Assembly: GCA_002633005.1 (NCBI GenBank)
Contig: NMRA01000103.1
Coordinates: 91,512 to 155,511 of the forward strand
DNA length: 64,000 bases
Origin: Phoronis australis
Taxonomy: Eukaryota > Animalia > Phoronida
Direction: 5' to 3'
Shown here: one piece after another, positions 38,212-50,389 of the stretch
How positions within the stretch are numbered: position 1 is the stretch's first letter
How the letters are laid out: each line of letters starts with the position of its first letter
Notes under the pieces: generated by a model
The model's database searches: none
What the model saw: the letters and a program-made list of their open reading frames with translations, nothing else
Told to the model about the DNA's origin: nothing
Position numbers and translations under genes: made by a program

Positions 38212-39466
38212 TTTAAAACCGTTGTTGTTTTCGTGAACATTGTTAAGTATAGGGGTAGGGTTCTCACCCTCAGCCCTTGGGCTTTCAGAGTACCCTGCTA
38301 AAACCATTCCAAGAGGATATTATCACTGGTTTATACAGGACATAACACTCAGGTAGATGATTTTTCTCAAACAATTTCTCCACAAAATGGTGCATGAAAA
38401 AATTTCACTCTCGGAGTTACATTTAAAGACACTGCAGAAGTGGTTTAATACGATTTCTGTATTTTTTAAACTTTGGTATCCAGACACTAATATTTGGCAA
38501 CAGGAATCTCTTAGTCGACTTCTTCAAGCTTAACGGATGAAAAAGACAGCTGTTCAAGAATTACTACGAAAGGATTAAGTTGGTAGCATTAACACTTATA
38601 AGAAGATTGTGCATTTGGAACATTAGGCTACATTATTATTGAACTCCAAACCTCAGAATTTGAGTCCCAACGAATGTTTTTTAGCCACTGTCTAAATGGG
38701 TGGAGATTATTCTAATACCAGATTATGCATAAAACTAAAGCTTAGGGTCCATTTGGGACACCTCTAGGGTATTTTCGTAGCTACAAATTTATCATCTAGA
38801 GACTACAGCACCTCTCGGCTATTTTCCTATTTACAAATTTTTCTTCGAAACACTTCGGGTCTTTTCGTAGTCTCAAATGTCCTCTCGGAGATGAACTCTT
38901 TCCAAAGTCGTGATTTTCAGAACAATAGGCTAATTGTACTCCACACACTCGCAGGTAGCGTTCACCTATTCGGTGAAATTTGAAGTTAGGAAAACACCCA
39001 AGGATTGCTGCGTGCCCTTGAAGGTAAAAGTTTTCAGTGCATGCTCGAACTTTGGTCATTATGGCCAATCATCATTCTCAACTAAATTTGAAAGTCAAGC
39101 AGGTTGAATTCACCTCCCAGGAAAAAATAGAGGACAGCAACGTAAACAAAAGTCAGCGACAGTAGAAAGATGCGCTCCGAAAAGACGCAACCACAATTTT
39201 CTGGGATTCACATTTCTTGAACATGAATTTTGAGCACTGATTTGTCTGTAAAACAGACCACATTTACACTTCCTCCATCAATCATGCCAGTTTGTTTGCG
39301 TAAAGCACTGCCTGTTGAGAATTCGACCAGCCAATCAGAAACGACGATGTAAAAGAAATTTTCCCGAGGAAAATAAGGGATACCTGCGCGCTGGCTACCA
39401 CCTAGCGGCACGCAAGGATCCAGCGAGTCGCACGCTATCTGTCCCGTCAGCGTGTGAGGTCTGGGA

Positions 39467-39606
39467 ACCAGGCGTGCGTTCAGTAACATTAGGACCTAGC
39501 TACAATCTAGTCAAAGTCACGAGTGCTCATTCACGGCTATATCTCACGTAATCTCGCGAAGTCTTGTTTTTAGCGAGGTCCTAGCGTTACCGAACGGGAG
39601 GCTGGT
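39467..39606. mobile_element. MITE of about 140 bp (copy 3 of 3)
   Basis: AACCAGGCGTGCGTTCAGTAAC...GTTACCGAACGGGAGGCTGGTT. Confidence 0.7.
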
Positions 39607-39679
39607 TGGTTTCTATAGTGCTACTGGCGTAGCGCCAAAATGCTTGTTGATGCCGTGCATCATATTTTTGTCATTGGTT

Positions 39680-40455
39680 GTTGTGTTTTGTTTACATATC
39701 ACGCTGTTATTGTGTTTTGCTTACATATCACGTTGCTATTGTGTTTTTTTAACATATCACGGTGTTATTGTATTTTGTTTACATATCACGCTGTTATTGT
39801 ATTTTGCTTACATATCACGCTGTTCTTGTGTTTTGCTTACATATCACGTTGCTATTGTGTTTTTTTAACATATCACGGTGTTATTGTATTTTGTTTACAT
39901 ATCACGCTGTTATTGTATTTTGCTTACATATCACGCTGTTATTGTGTTTTGCTTACATATCACGTTGCTATTGTGTTTTTTTAACATATCACGGTGTTAT
40001 TGTATTTTGTTTACATATCACGCTGTTATTGTATTTTGCTTACATATCACGCTGTTCTTGTGTTTTGCTTACATATCACGTTGCTATTGTGTTTTTTTAA
40101 CATATCACGGTGTTATTGTATTTTGTTTACATATCACGCTGTTATTGTATTTTGCTTACATATCACGCTGTTCTTGTGTTTTGCTTNCACGCTGTTATTG
40201 TGTTTTGTTTACATATCACGCTGTTATTGTGCTTTGTTTACATATCACGCTGTTATTGTGCTTTGTTTACATATCACGCTGTTATTGTGTTTTTTTACAT
40301 ATCACGCTGTTATTGTGTTTTGTCTACATATCACGCTGTTATTGTGTTTTGTCTACATATCACGCTGTTATTGTGTTTTGTCTACATATCACGCTGTTAT
40401 TGTGTTTTGTTTACATATCACGCTGTTATTGTGTTTTGTTTACATATCACGCTGT
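39680..40455. repeat. 29-bp minisatellite with a 116-bp higher-order repeat
   Basis: Unit acatatcacgctgttattgtgttttgttt; four variants recur every 116 bp in the left part. Confidence 0.95.
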
Positions 40456-41394
40456 TTAGTTTCTTTATAGGTAGCAGTACATCTTTCGCCGCTGTGATTA
40501 GGTTTCTTTTAGGAAGCAGGTTCTTTCCAGTTACTACAATAGCCTTGCATAATCTTATAGTAGCATGTCCGGCCGGCTATTATTACGTATTAGCCTCTCT
40601 ATGTTACGCGGGTTTTGGTGACTAGCGCTTCTCGTGTATAGCGGCATTCGTCGACAAGATCTGTAACGCGAATCATGTGTTTTCCTCGGATGCTGGAACT
40701 TTTATATTAAGCACAGACTGTTGGCCAAACTGTTGTTAGTATTGAGTATTATGGCATAGCATGTTGTACTCGTGTGTATCTACTAGCTAAGTTCAGTGCG
40801 TGTATAGTTGTTGTTTAACGTATAGCTTCATTCAGCTGCTTGTTTGGCGTATATGTTGAGCGGTACCAGGTTCATAGAATAAATAGTTACGGGTCGCAGT
40901 TAGGCAGTTGTTTGTGCATGGTAATGGTTTCCAGTAGTAGAATAGATAGTACGGCTTCCAGTTGATGAGGTATTGTTAGCGAGGTACATGAAATATTTGC
41001 CTGTTATATAGAGTCGTTGTCGCGAGTCTTTCTAACGCTCTTGGTATATAGTGCTTGTTAATTACGCTTGCTTGCCCAGTACTCGGACTGTGTGTTTTTC
41101 TTCATTACAGAGAACCGCTTTTTCGGTTTCTCCTTTTCAACGCATGTTGGGACACTTTTCATCGCTTACAACTAAATAATAAAGTGTGTTATGCAAACGG
41201 CTTTTAACTTATCCCTGTTGCTCCAGACGAGGCTACAGTGCTAGCACGTAGTACGCATTGTTTGCCGATGTTGATTATAAAGTTTCAAACCTTCGCTTTG
41301 TCTTTTGCTCGCAATCTCTTTTGTCGAAATAATCTCATATCACGAGTCTTGATGGACAGTATCAAAAGAGTTAGCAATGAGTATAACATCGTTC

Positions 41395-41991
41395 CAAGGA
41401 GTGTAGAAGTATAGGAGAGTTCACTCCGCCATTTTGCCATTCGCCGCAATGGTTACCTGTCGAAACACTAGCGTCACAAGCGGTGAATAAGCAACACTAA
41501 CGTACATAGCAGTTGATAGTGATTCCATCACATTATCACTGTTTATCGCCTCGTCAGTGATTTCAATGTGCCGCAGTTCAAGGCTAGATAACAAATCAGC
41601 TACCTATGGTGATGGCATAACCAAACCAATGATAACACCGTGAACGCAAATCGGCCCCGTAGCGTTCAGTGTAAACTACAATGCAGGCGACAGCGGCACC
41701 GCAACTGCGGTCGACTTGTCTTCCAACAGAGCACAAAAAATTAAAAACAATGTACCATATCATTGAATAACAAATAATCCTTACCTTTCTGGGTCTTTGG
41801 GAAACGTAAAGATGATAGTTCAGGGTTTCTCATCGAAGAATTGGAAGCAATTTATAGCACTACAAAATGTGCTTTTCCCCATTGCTTTGGCGCTTTTTGG
41901 TTGACCGTTGCTCATTCACCACTCGGCGGCGCTAGTAGAAGTGGTAACAGCAGACTCACAAGTGAACTCTCCTATACTTCTACACTCACTG
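41395..41991 (-). mobile_element. P/Galileo-like non-autonomous element with a THAP first-exon relic
   Basis: CA..GAGTGTAGAAGTATAGGAGAGTTCACT TIRs; 7-bp TSD ATCGTTC/ATCATTC; MGKSTFCSAINC/..PELSSLRFPKDPER|gtaag at about 41785-41883. Confidence 0.7.
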
Positions 41992-43989
41992 ATCATTCAC
42001 AGTTACTACTACCAGTAAGATGCAAGAGCCTGTACAAGCAATGCATTTTGACACTCGACCATATTTGGACTCATTTTCGTCAGTGCTATGGTTTGCTTCG
42101 TTTTTTTTTTACAAAACTTTCTATGGTAGACATATATGATCTCGTTTGTCCCATTTACATAATAAACCCTTGCATAAATCCAATAACTCGAAGCCCCCTT
42201 AGCGTCACTCTGTAGAACAACGAAGAATTGCTAATTCAGTTAATTAGGAAAAAGAGTTTTCGAGAACGGGTTGGTAAATTTCACAAAAAATTTCCAATTT
42301 TAATATCCATTCATCAATCTCAAAAATGCTGTTAGGGTTTTCCTCTTCAACGCCTACGTTTTGCGTACCGTAAAATAGACGAATATGACTGCCATTTTTT
42401 ACAAAAATACCATACATTTCACGAATTGATTTGGTAAAGAAATAAAACTAAATGGGTAATCGAAAATTCCTAAAAGCGTTTTGAGGTAAATTACTAGGTT
42501 TTCATTTAAAAAGGTTTCATTAAAATTGACTAAGGGGGTTATTATGCGATGAACATGTCCATTTTTTTATAGAAATGTAATTTTGACTGGCACATAAAAT
42601 AATACATGTTTTTATAATTTTTGATTCTTTTACTTTCACTCCACAAAATATATGAGTACTTTATAGCCTGTTTTTTAGATATGAGCTGGAATGAAGGTCA
42701 CTAAGGTTTGAGATAACCTTAAACAGACTTCTACACAGTGTTTATATTAGCAAGTTTAAGGTAACTGTGAACCTTGTTTACCAGATTGTACTTATGTATT
42801 TATGTGTACAAATCATATATTTTCTGAAAGGTCAATAAATTTTTTATCAGAATTGATTATTATTGTCTTCATTTTTTCCCGAGATCTGGCAGGTTTTTTA
42901 GTGACTTTGAACAGAGATTATAAAAATAGTGATCCTCCAATCACATTGGTCTTGTGTCAACATGTTGACAAGGGAAGAGTGTCTCACATTTTCAAAACGA
43001 AGCCTTCAAAAATCAAGGCAGGCCGTTTCCTCTCAAAACGCTTTAAATGTAGGTTTGTAAAATTGGAAAAAGTCTAATCCGGTTGAACAGCAAAAGAGTG
43101 CAACTAAAACTTTGTAAAAATTAACAAATTCCCACCAGACTTCACACAGTACAAAACAAAATGAATCGGACAAAATACGTCGTGATGGCTAATAACGTTA
43201 ACAGCAAAAATGACTGGTAATGAGTTTAATATCAGATCTTTTTGTTTGAATACTTTTGACTTGTACAGTACACGTATGCTGACAAAGATTACAATTAGCC
43301 TTTTCAGTCGGATCATAACACTCCAAATACAGAGCTAAAAAACATTCAATCTCCGAGTGCTCGCTTAATGCTGATTTATAATAATTCAGCTTGCAAAATT
43401 AGTAATTAAAAACATTTAGGCCCAGGGGGACAGCAACTAGCAACTTGGGTGTTCCCGTTTCAATAAAATTGTGCACACAAGGGTAAATTGTTAGCCCTAG
43501 GGTCATTATGCGTGCCACTCGTATCCCTTTGACCAAATGCGACTTTTTACAAATTCCACTTTATTAGGAGTTAAAAAGATGTCATCTCCTTTCAAGGGTA
43601 TTATTAAGTAAAGTGAGGTACTCCTACCGCGGAGTGCAAAATCCCCAGAGAAATAGTATCACCTCAGAACAACATACATAACATCCTCTCAGAAACTTCG
43701 TTATTGCCATCTATATCTCTGGGCGAAAATGAGATCAGTGCTCATGATTCCAAGCTAGGGCTCATATTCTGAAAGTCTCACTTTATTAGGGTCCAGTTTG
43801 TGGCCATGTACTTTGAAAGAGTGGGGTTCTGGTGCTTTTTCAAAATCTCTTGTTGAAACGAGGTTACTCACGTCTGTGGTGTCTGCACCCCGCCCAAAAT
43901 TTGGAATGTTTGAGTGCTACCCTATTGCAAAATGTGAAAGTAGTTAATAACAGTTTTTCATGAATAGTGGATAGTGTTCTAAATTCACA

Positions 43990-45330
43990 TAAAATTCCAA
44001 AGTGAGTTTTCAGCAGATATAAGGAGTAACATGTTTGAATTGCAATTTCTCTAACTGTTACAATTGCCACATTTTCAAAAAGATTTTCCATTTAGGTACT
44101 TTACCATCAAGGTGTAAACACGAATTGATGATACCTGTGCAAAAAGATTCAACAACTGAAGTGTTCTGTTGTCAACCAATTACTCTACTCTATTCTCGCT
44201 CAAAGCTTATTGAAAAAATATATTTCTCGTATATATGACCACTTGATATCTCAAAATTTACTAGATTCTGCTAAATATGAGTTTCTGCCAGGCAAAAGCA
44301 CCACATCTCGATTGAAATTGTTTACAGTCTCCACTCAGAATTTCTTAATGTTGGTGTTATTTTTCAGGATCTAGCTTCTAAATTCGATACGGTGCCACTC
44401 GATCTGTTATTAAAACTTTGTAAGTATTTAATAAGTTGAACAGTGTAGTTTGCTTTAGTCGTATCTTTTAAATAGAACCTTATAATAGAGTTCGTGTCGA
44501 TGGAGTTGTTTCTGAAGAATCACCAACTGGGAATGTCAATGCTGGTATACCACAAGGCAGTGTCTTGGGACCACTGCTTTTTCTATTAATTATTAATGAC
44601 CTACCTGATGGACTGTATTCTAAGACGTCTTTATATGCTGAAGAGAACATTTATGTTTTTAGGTCTTTTACAAAGAGACATTGATTTAGCAATAAAATGA
44701 CGTATGAAGTTCGAAACGTCAAAAAGTTTCATATGACAAAAAGGTTTTCGCCAAAATCTCTACACAACATCGTACTGAAATGACTATTGTTGTTGTGTAC
44801 TTAGTCACACAATAACAGGATGTTTGTAGGTTGTTATTGTTTATGAGTTCAGCAGTCTAACTAGTATTATGTCATGCGATTCCTAGTATAGGAAGTGTTT
44901 CATAGGTAAAGCATCATATGTTGTTATGTAATTGTGTGTATATATATTGTTGTGTTATGTGGAATAAATCAGTTAAGTGTTCATTTCAATTCTGTTCGTT
45001 TCACTGCGTAGTTAATGGAGTGTCTACTTTATTTGACAAAGTAAGATACACAACAATTATTACTCAAAGTGTGTCTGTAGAGCATTTGGGTGTTCTGCTT
45101 GATCCCCAACTCACTATAAACCATCTCAGTGTTCATTTAAAAAAATCGCACCATTCACAAATCTTTCGAAATATATTTCCAGTTGCCACTTAAATTTGAT
45201 TTATAACTCTTTTTCTAATTCATTTAAACTAAGCAGATACTGTTCATAATAACACTAATTTAACCACACTTTGTAAGATCGATGGACTTCTGAAGCAAGC
45301 TGCTCTTTCTGTCACTGGAGCAGTCAAGAC
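43990..45330 (+). pseudogene. Decayed LINE (CR1/L2-group) reverse transcriptase
   Basis: IPVQKD..QPITLL..KLIEK, DLASKFDTV, GIPQGSVLGPLLFLLIINDLP..LYAEE, HLGVLLD; many stops. Confidence 0.8.
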
Positions 45331-45334
45331 TTAT

Positions 45335-47815
45335 TTTGTATCAATTTAGATCCAGTAGTTCTACTCGATAAGGTAACGCTCGGTTGCGTTACCTGACACC
45401 TGACGGCAGACGGAGGTGTTGAAATTATCTAAAGACGTCATTGGTTTCGCACGCAGTGTGTTCAGCAGTTCACAACACGGTTTCCTGGTGTCAGCTTATC
45501 GCTTTAATCCATCGGTTAACACCAATAAATCATCAAACCTCGATGTAAAACCCTTAAAATACACCGAGTTCTTATACAAACGCTTTGTTTTATTTCGCTG
45601 TTACAGATTTATTGGTATTTGGACACACCGTAGCCTACAAATCGGTTCGGCAAGTCAATTTACCAAGGTCCGTAGCAGGAGTTTGGGGTCTGTTCGGAGA
45701 TAAATTCGAAGTATTCTTCCGTGAAATACAGACAGGAGAACCTAGATCTGTGTTGTTTAGACTTGTGATTTTGTGAGTTCTAAACACACAAAACGCTTGT
45801 TATCCCGGCCAGAGGCTCGGAACCTAATCAGGCCCGTAGCGACCGGACTGACTCGTTATCCCGGCCAGTGGCTCGGAATCCGATCAGGCCCGTCGCGGCC
45901 GCAGGGACTGGCACGAACATAAACCAGCTTGAGTTGGAAACTAAAAATCCAGCCACGTAAAACTATAATACTGAGCCAAAGAAATAATGTGCACGTGATT
46001 ATTTATGTGAATTAACCACGAAACTGAAAATCTACTTACTTGTCGGGGTCGATCGCGAAGTCAGGTTCCCCTTCCATAGACCGTCAGGGCAAAGGTTGTA
46101 CAGTAACACTGATTTGAATAATGTATTTTTATTTCTAAATAAATATTCCCCTAACATGTGACCATAGCATATAAAATCAAGTAATTGTTTCACAACAGTT
46201 TTCTGTCAGTAAACACTGAATTAGCATGCGCTCACACGGCCTCGGTGCCCGGTCGATTGCGCAATGGTTTATTCATTGCTGGCTTCTCAACATTTGCACT
46301 CACGAATACTGCAAAGGCATTACAAATTGTATTTAATGAGACAGACTTTGTTTCAGTTTTATATAAGTATTGGTTAGGATGAGGATAATGCATTTTGAAA
46401 CGGAACGTAGAAAATTAACGTCTACATGGCAACTCCTCCGGCGCCAATCCCGATTTAGACAAGAGCTCATCAGACGAAGACTTCACGGGTCGGATCGTTA
46501 GTGTCAGAATATAGTCTGACAGTATTATTAGTTGTATTGTTTTCTTCTTTATTCAGTTTGATTGGCATGACCCCTGAGTTAAGTACGTCGACGGTAATTT
46601 GTTTACTACAGAATAGTATGGAACTTTCTGGACGACTGAGGTCAGAACAGTGATGATGTAATTTGTTTACTACAGTATAGTGTGGAACTTTCTAGAAGAC
46701 TCTAGCATGAGAGTGATTAATGCAGTCTGAAATATTCTAGAGACTAGTACATGTTTGTAGAATGGTGGGGTAGATTCAGGAAAGTTCTAGAATGTGCTTG
46801 AATTGATGACTGAAAAGTTCTAGAACAATGCATTAGGCTATAAATACACAAACACGGGTTTGTGTTAGTCACTTGAGTCCAAGAAGATTAAGTCAGTGAG
46901 ATCAAGTCAGTTCAAGATCAGATCACGTCAGTTCAAGAGAAGATCAAGTCGGGAGATCAAAAGAAGATCAAGTAAGTTCAAGAAATATAATCAGGAGAAC
47001 TACAGTTGAGTTGCAGTGAAGAGATCAGCAGTTACAGCGATGGTCAATAGGGAGCCACCTATAGAGACAGCAGGTTATTGAACCAACGAGTGTAATAGTT
47101 GCTGGAAATATCTCAAAGTTCATCACAAGTCTAGGCTTCGCAACACTGGCTGGAGCATAAACAGGCATTACGTCGGACGTTTTGTTTGAGTAGGCTTGTG
47201 AACGTACGGTCGGGATTAATAAAGGATTAACTCGAACCAGTCTTCAGTCAATCATCGCACCCAAAGCTATTAGCACCGGTCTGTAACAACCTGCGCCCTC
47301 CCAAACACGGGAAAACGTGCCAGTTAGATTTCAAAGGCTATCAGTTCGAACCGGAATACACTGACCAAGAAATACTAGAGGGGCACTGTGAACAAGAACA
47401 GGCAACGGAACGTATGGAAAGTTCTTTGCTAAGCCGGCTTTCGTCTGGGAATCACTGTCGACGAAATGTAGGCCACAGATACGGAGATGTTTCACGGCCT
47501 CATATTTGCTATTACCAGCGTACCTTTCATTCTTCACTACCGCGAGCCACTTCCTAAGCTTTTCGGGCTCTCGAGGAAGTCGAAAAAACGATATACCCGC
47601 TTTCTTTGAAGCTTCATAGTTCGGACAAGCGGGAACGATGCACCGCAATATAGCGGCATTCACTCTGCAGACGAAGCACTGACGTCGTTTCTCACCTTCC
47701 TCACGGGTTAACGCGACACCTCTCTGCAAGGTGAGGTCGACCGTATAAGAAGCGATGTGGATATAGACCGATTGAGACGGTAAAAAAGACTAATTAAATC
47801 GGGAGGCATTCTCCT
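45335..47815 (-). mobile_element. Kolobok family B copy with THAP ORF (47331-47729), lacking one TIR
   Basis: GGGAGGCATTCTCCT|TTAA at 47815; reverse-colinear with 53403-55335; RCIVPAC..SFFRLP..W..ICGLHF. Confidence 0.85.
46502..47322 (+). mobile_element. Solo LTR with 5-bp TSD (same family as 12363-13013)
   Basis: GTTAG|TGTCA...TGCCA|GTTAG; TATAAA and AATAAA inside. Confidence 0.85.
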
Positions 47816-49541
47816 TTAAAGTCCTTGGTTCTCTCGACTGTACTTTTCTGCCCCTGATACTAAATTACGTTTATTGCGTGAAAAAGAAGTCATGGGTAAC
47901 CAATTGAGAGTGGGGTTGTACCTCACTTCAGAGAAGTTCTAACATAACTTTGCCAATTTGTCTTATAAATGTACCTGAGATGTAATTAATAGTGATGCTC
48001 ACTACTTGCTTTTATGCCCATCTATGATGCTGAGTGCGAACAGCTCTTTCGCAACCTGCAATCCAACAATCACATGTGGTTACATTTTCAAAATCTGTCC
48101 TGCTCTTGTTACCGTATGAATTTGTTCTTGTTTTCTTTACGTTTGGCATAGTTGCTCAATATTATGTTTTGTACATGTACGTTATTGGTTTATAGTTAAA
48201 AGCTTGAATATAACAGTTTGCTTTTTGGTGTATTTAATGTATTGCCATTTGTTAGTGTAGCAATAAAAAAGAAAACTCAACTTCCTCTAAGGTGCTCCAC
48301 CGAGGACCTGGTTAAACTAAATGTCAGTCACACTCTCCAATATGAGATGAGCTCTGTTGCAGAGTAAAACACGACATGGTTATCGAATAATGTATCATGG
48401 CGTTAGTATAAAAGGTAATACAACACAAAACTGTAAAATGGGCACAGAAAACAATATTTTATGGCAGTATAAAAATACTTGCATGAACCATCCATTTGTC
48501 AACCTTGTTTCTATGTTAACCATTTGATTATGACTCCATACAACATTTCACAATAATAGCATGAGACTTAAGAAACACTGAAATTCCACTGCTTTAAAAT
48601 ACCCGTCCAGTTTACAAATGAACTGTAGATGGCACTACAAATTTGACTACGGCAAATGTCATCATGTCGCCACAAAATAAAAAATAGGCTATTACAATGG
48701 GCATTAGGGTAATATCAAATTTGCACATAATTTTTGAAGGAAAATGGAATCCCTTAAGAAATAATTGTGTTGTTAAGTTGTTCAATGCACAAACACACAA
48801 GCATATTATCGAATAAAAACGGGTACATGTAGCTGGAAAAACAATACAAAATGCAAATTTCAAATAACACACAATGTTTTTTACATAAAGAAAATCAGCA
48901 TGCAGCTGAGTGCCACTAAAGACATGCATACATTAAGCGCCTTTTTGACTTGACTAAGAATACAGCTTCAACTTAAGGCACCCTGACAATTGCACAATTT
49001 CATAACGATTTAACTTCTCTGAAATGAAAATAAAGTGCATGTGAACTTTGGAGGAAGTGCATGTCCCAAAGCAAATTAGAAAATTTGGCGCCCATTGATT
49101 TGTGAGAGGCGAATATGAATTATAGTAAACTAGTCATAAAAATACATGCGACTGCAGGCAATGCAAGTCATTGAATGCCATGGTATCAATGCATGTTCAA
49201 GCCCTGTCCTTGATAAAGTTGTGCAGAGTGCATAACGTCTGGCATATCCCAAGGTACTATGTGAACCATTCCTCTTGTGAAAATACTCAAGTTTTGATTT
49301 AAGTCACATATTGTGGCAAGTTTGAGTATAAACTGCTGATACCTAAAATTGCTTGGTGGAACACAATTTTACATTTAAGATAAAAGAGATAGTTCTGGTG
49401 TTTATCACGACTCTACTAAGATGGCGCAGAATACATCAAACCCGTCTAGAAATAGGAAGTCTTCCTTGTGCCACAAATAGAAAACTATTCACACTTCTTC
49501 ATCGGAATCATTTGATGAACTCCAAAGATACAGAGGCAAAT

Positions 49542-50383
49542 AAAACAAAAGCAACGTGGAGTGTTGAAATGCGCTTTTGATTGCACTGCAAACAGTGTAC
49601 CAAAACAAGACTAGATAACGGTAAAAATGACCACTAGATTGCGCAAAATACTAATTCAAATACAATTGAAAACGAAAACGTCATCTTATGTTTAATAGAA
49701 TGCTATTTACTAAATTTCAAAGCAATCAGAGAAACACTCGGCAGAGGAAAAAATGGAGTTACCAGTGGTATAGCGGGCACAACCACTGCATGTCCTCATC
49801 ATCTGTTGTCAACATCATATAATTATATAGCTAAATTTAATAAAGATCCTGTAGGGGGTTTAGAAGATATGGCCATGAGCCCAAAAGAAACAAAACGTAC
49901 ACTTGAGGAGGTGGCACACTAGTCAGCCGTCCTCTTCACACTAGAAACATTATATTACAATCATCCTTCGAGTTTGGTTGATAGAGGGGCGGACTCCCAA
50001 ATACAGAGTCGACTAAAATACATTAAAAATTGGCCACAAGGTGGTACAAAGTACTTCGAATGCATCCGAAAATGGAAGGATAGCGTCATGTCACTAATAA
50101 ATGCCTATCTACCAAATTTTACCAGAATCTGTTGAGGACCTTTGAAGACTTAGAGAGGTAAATGAAAAAACAAAATTGCCACTTAAAGGCAAACACCAGT
50201 AGTCGGATCCGTCTGGAAGTTTGTTTTTTTCCAACCCATCTATAAAAGGAACACGTGTAAAATATTTTGAACAAACGTCAAAGGGTTATGGAGATAGAGC
50301 CGTGGTCGGAGGCCCGACAAATGCCGGATGACTGGACGGACGGACAGCTATGATGGCATAATGCGCCCAAACAGTGCATAAAA
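49542..50383 (-). mobile_element. HINE copy (diverged)
   Basis: Both termini, (GGAC)n and core motifs in reverse orientation. Confidence 0.65.
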
Positions 50384-50389
50384 GTTAAA

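Noticed and set aside
39640-40625. Long hydrophobic Cys/Tyr-rich ORFs
   Set aside because: Translations of the 29-bp satellite, open in all three frames.
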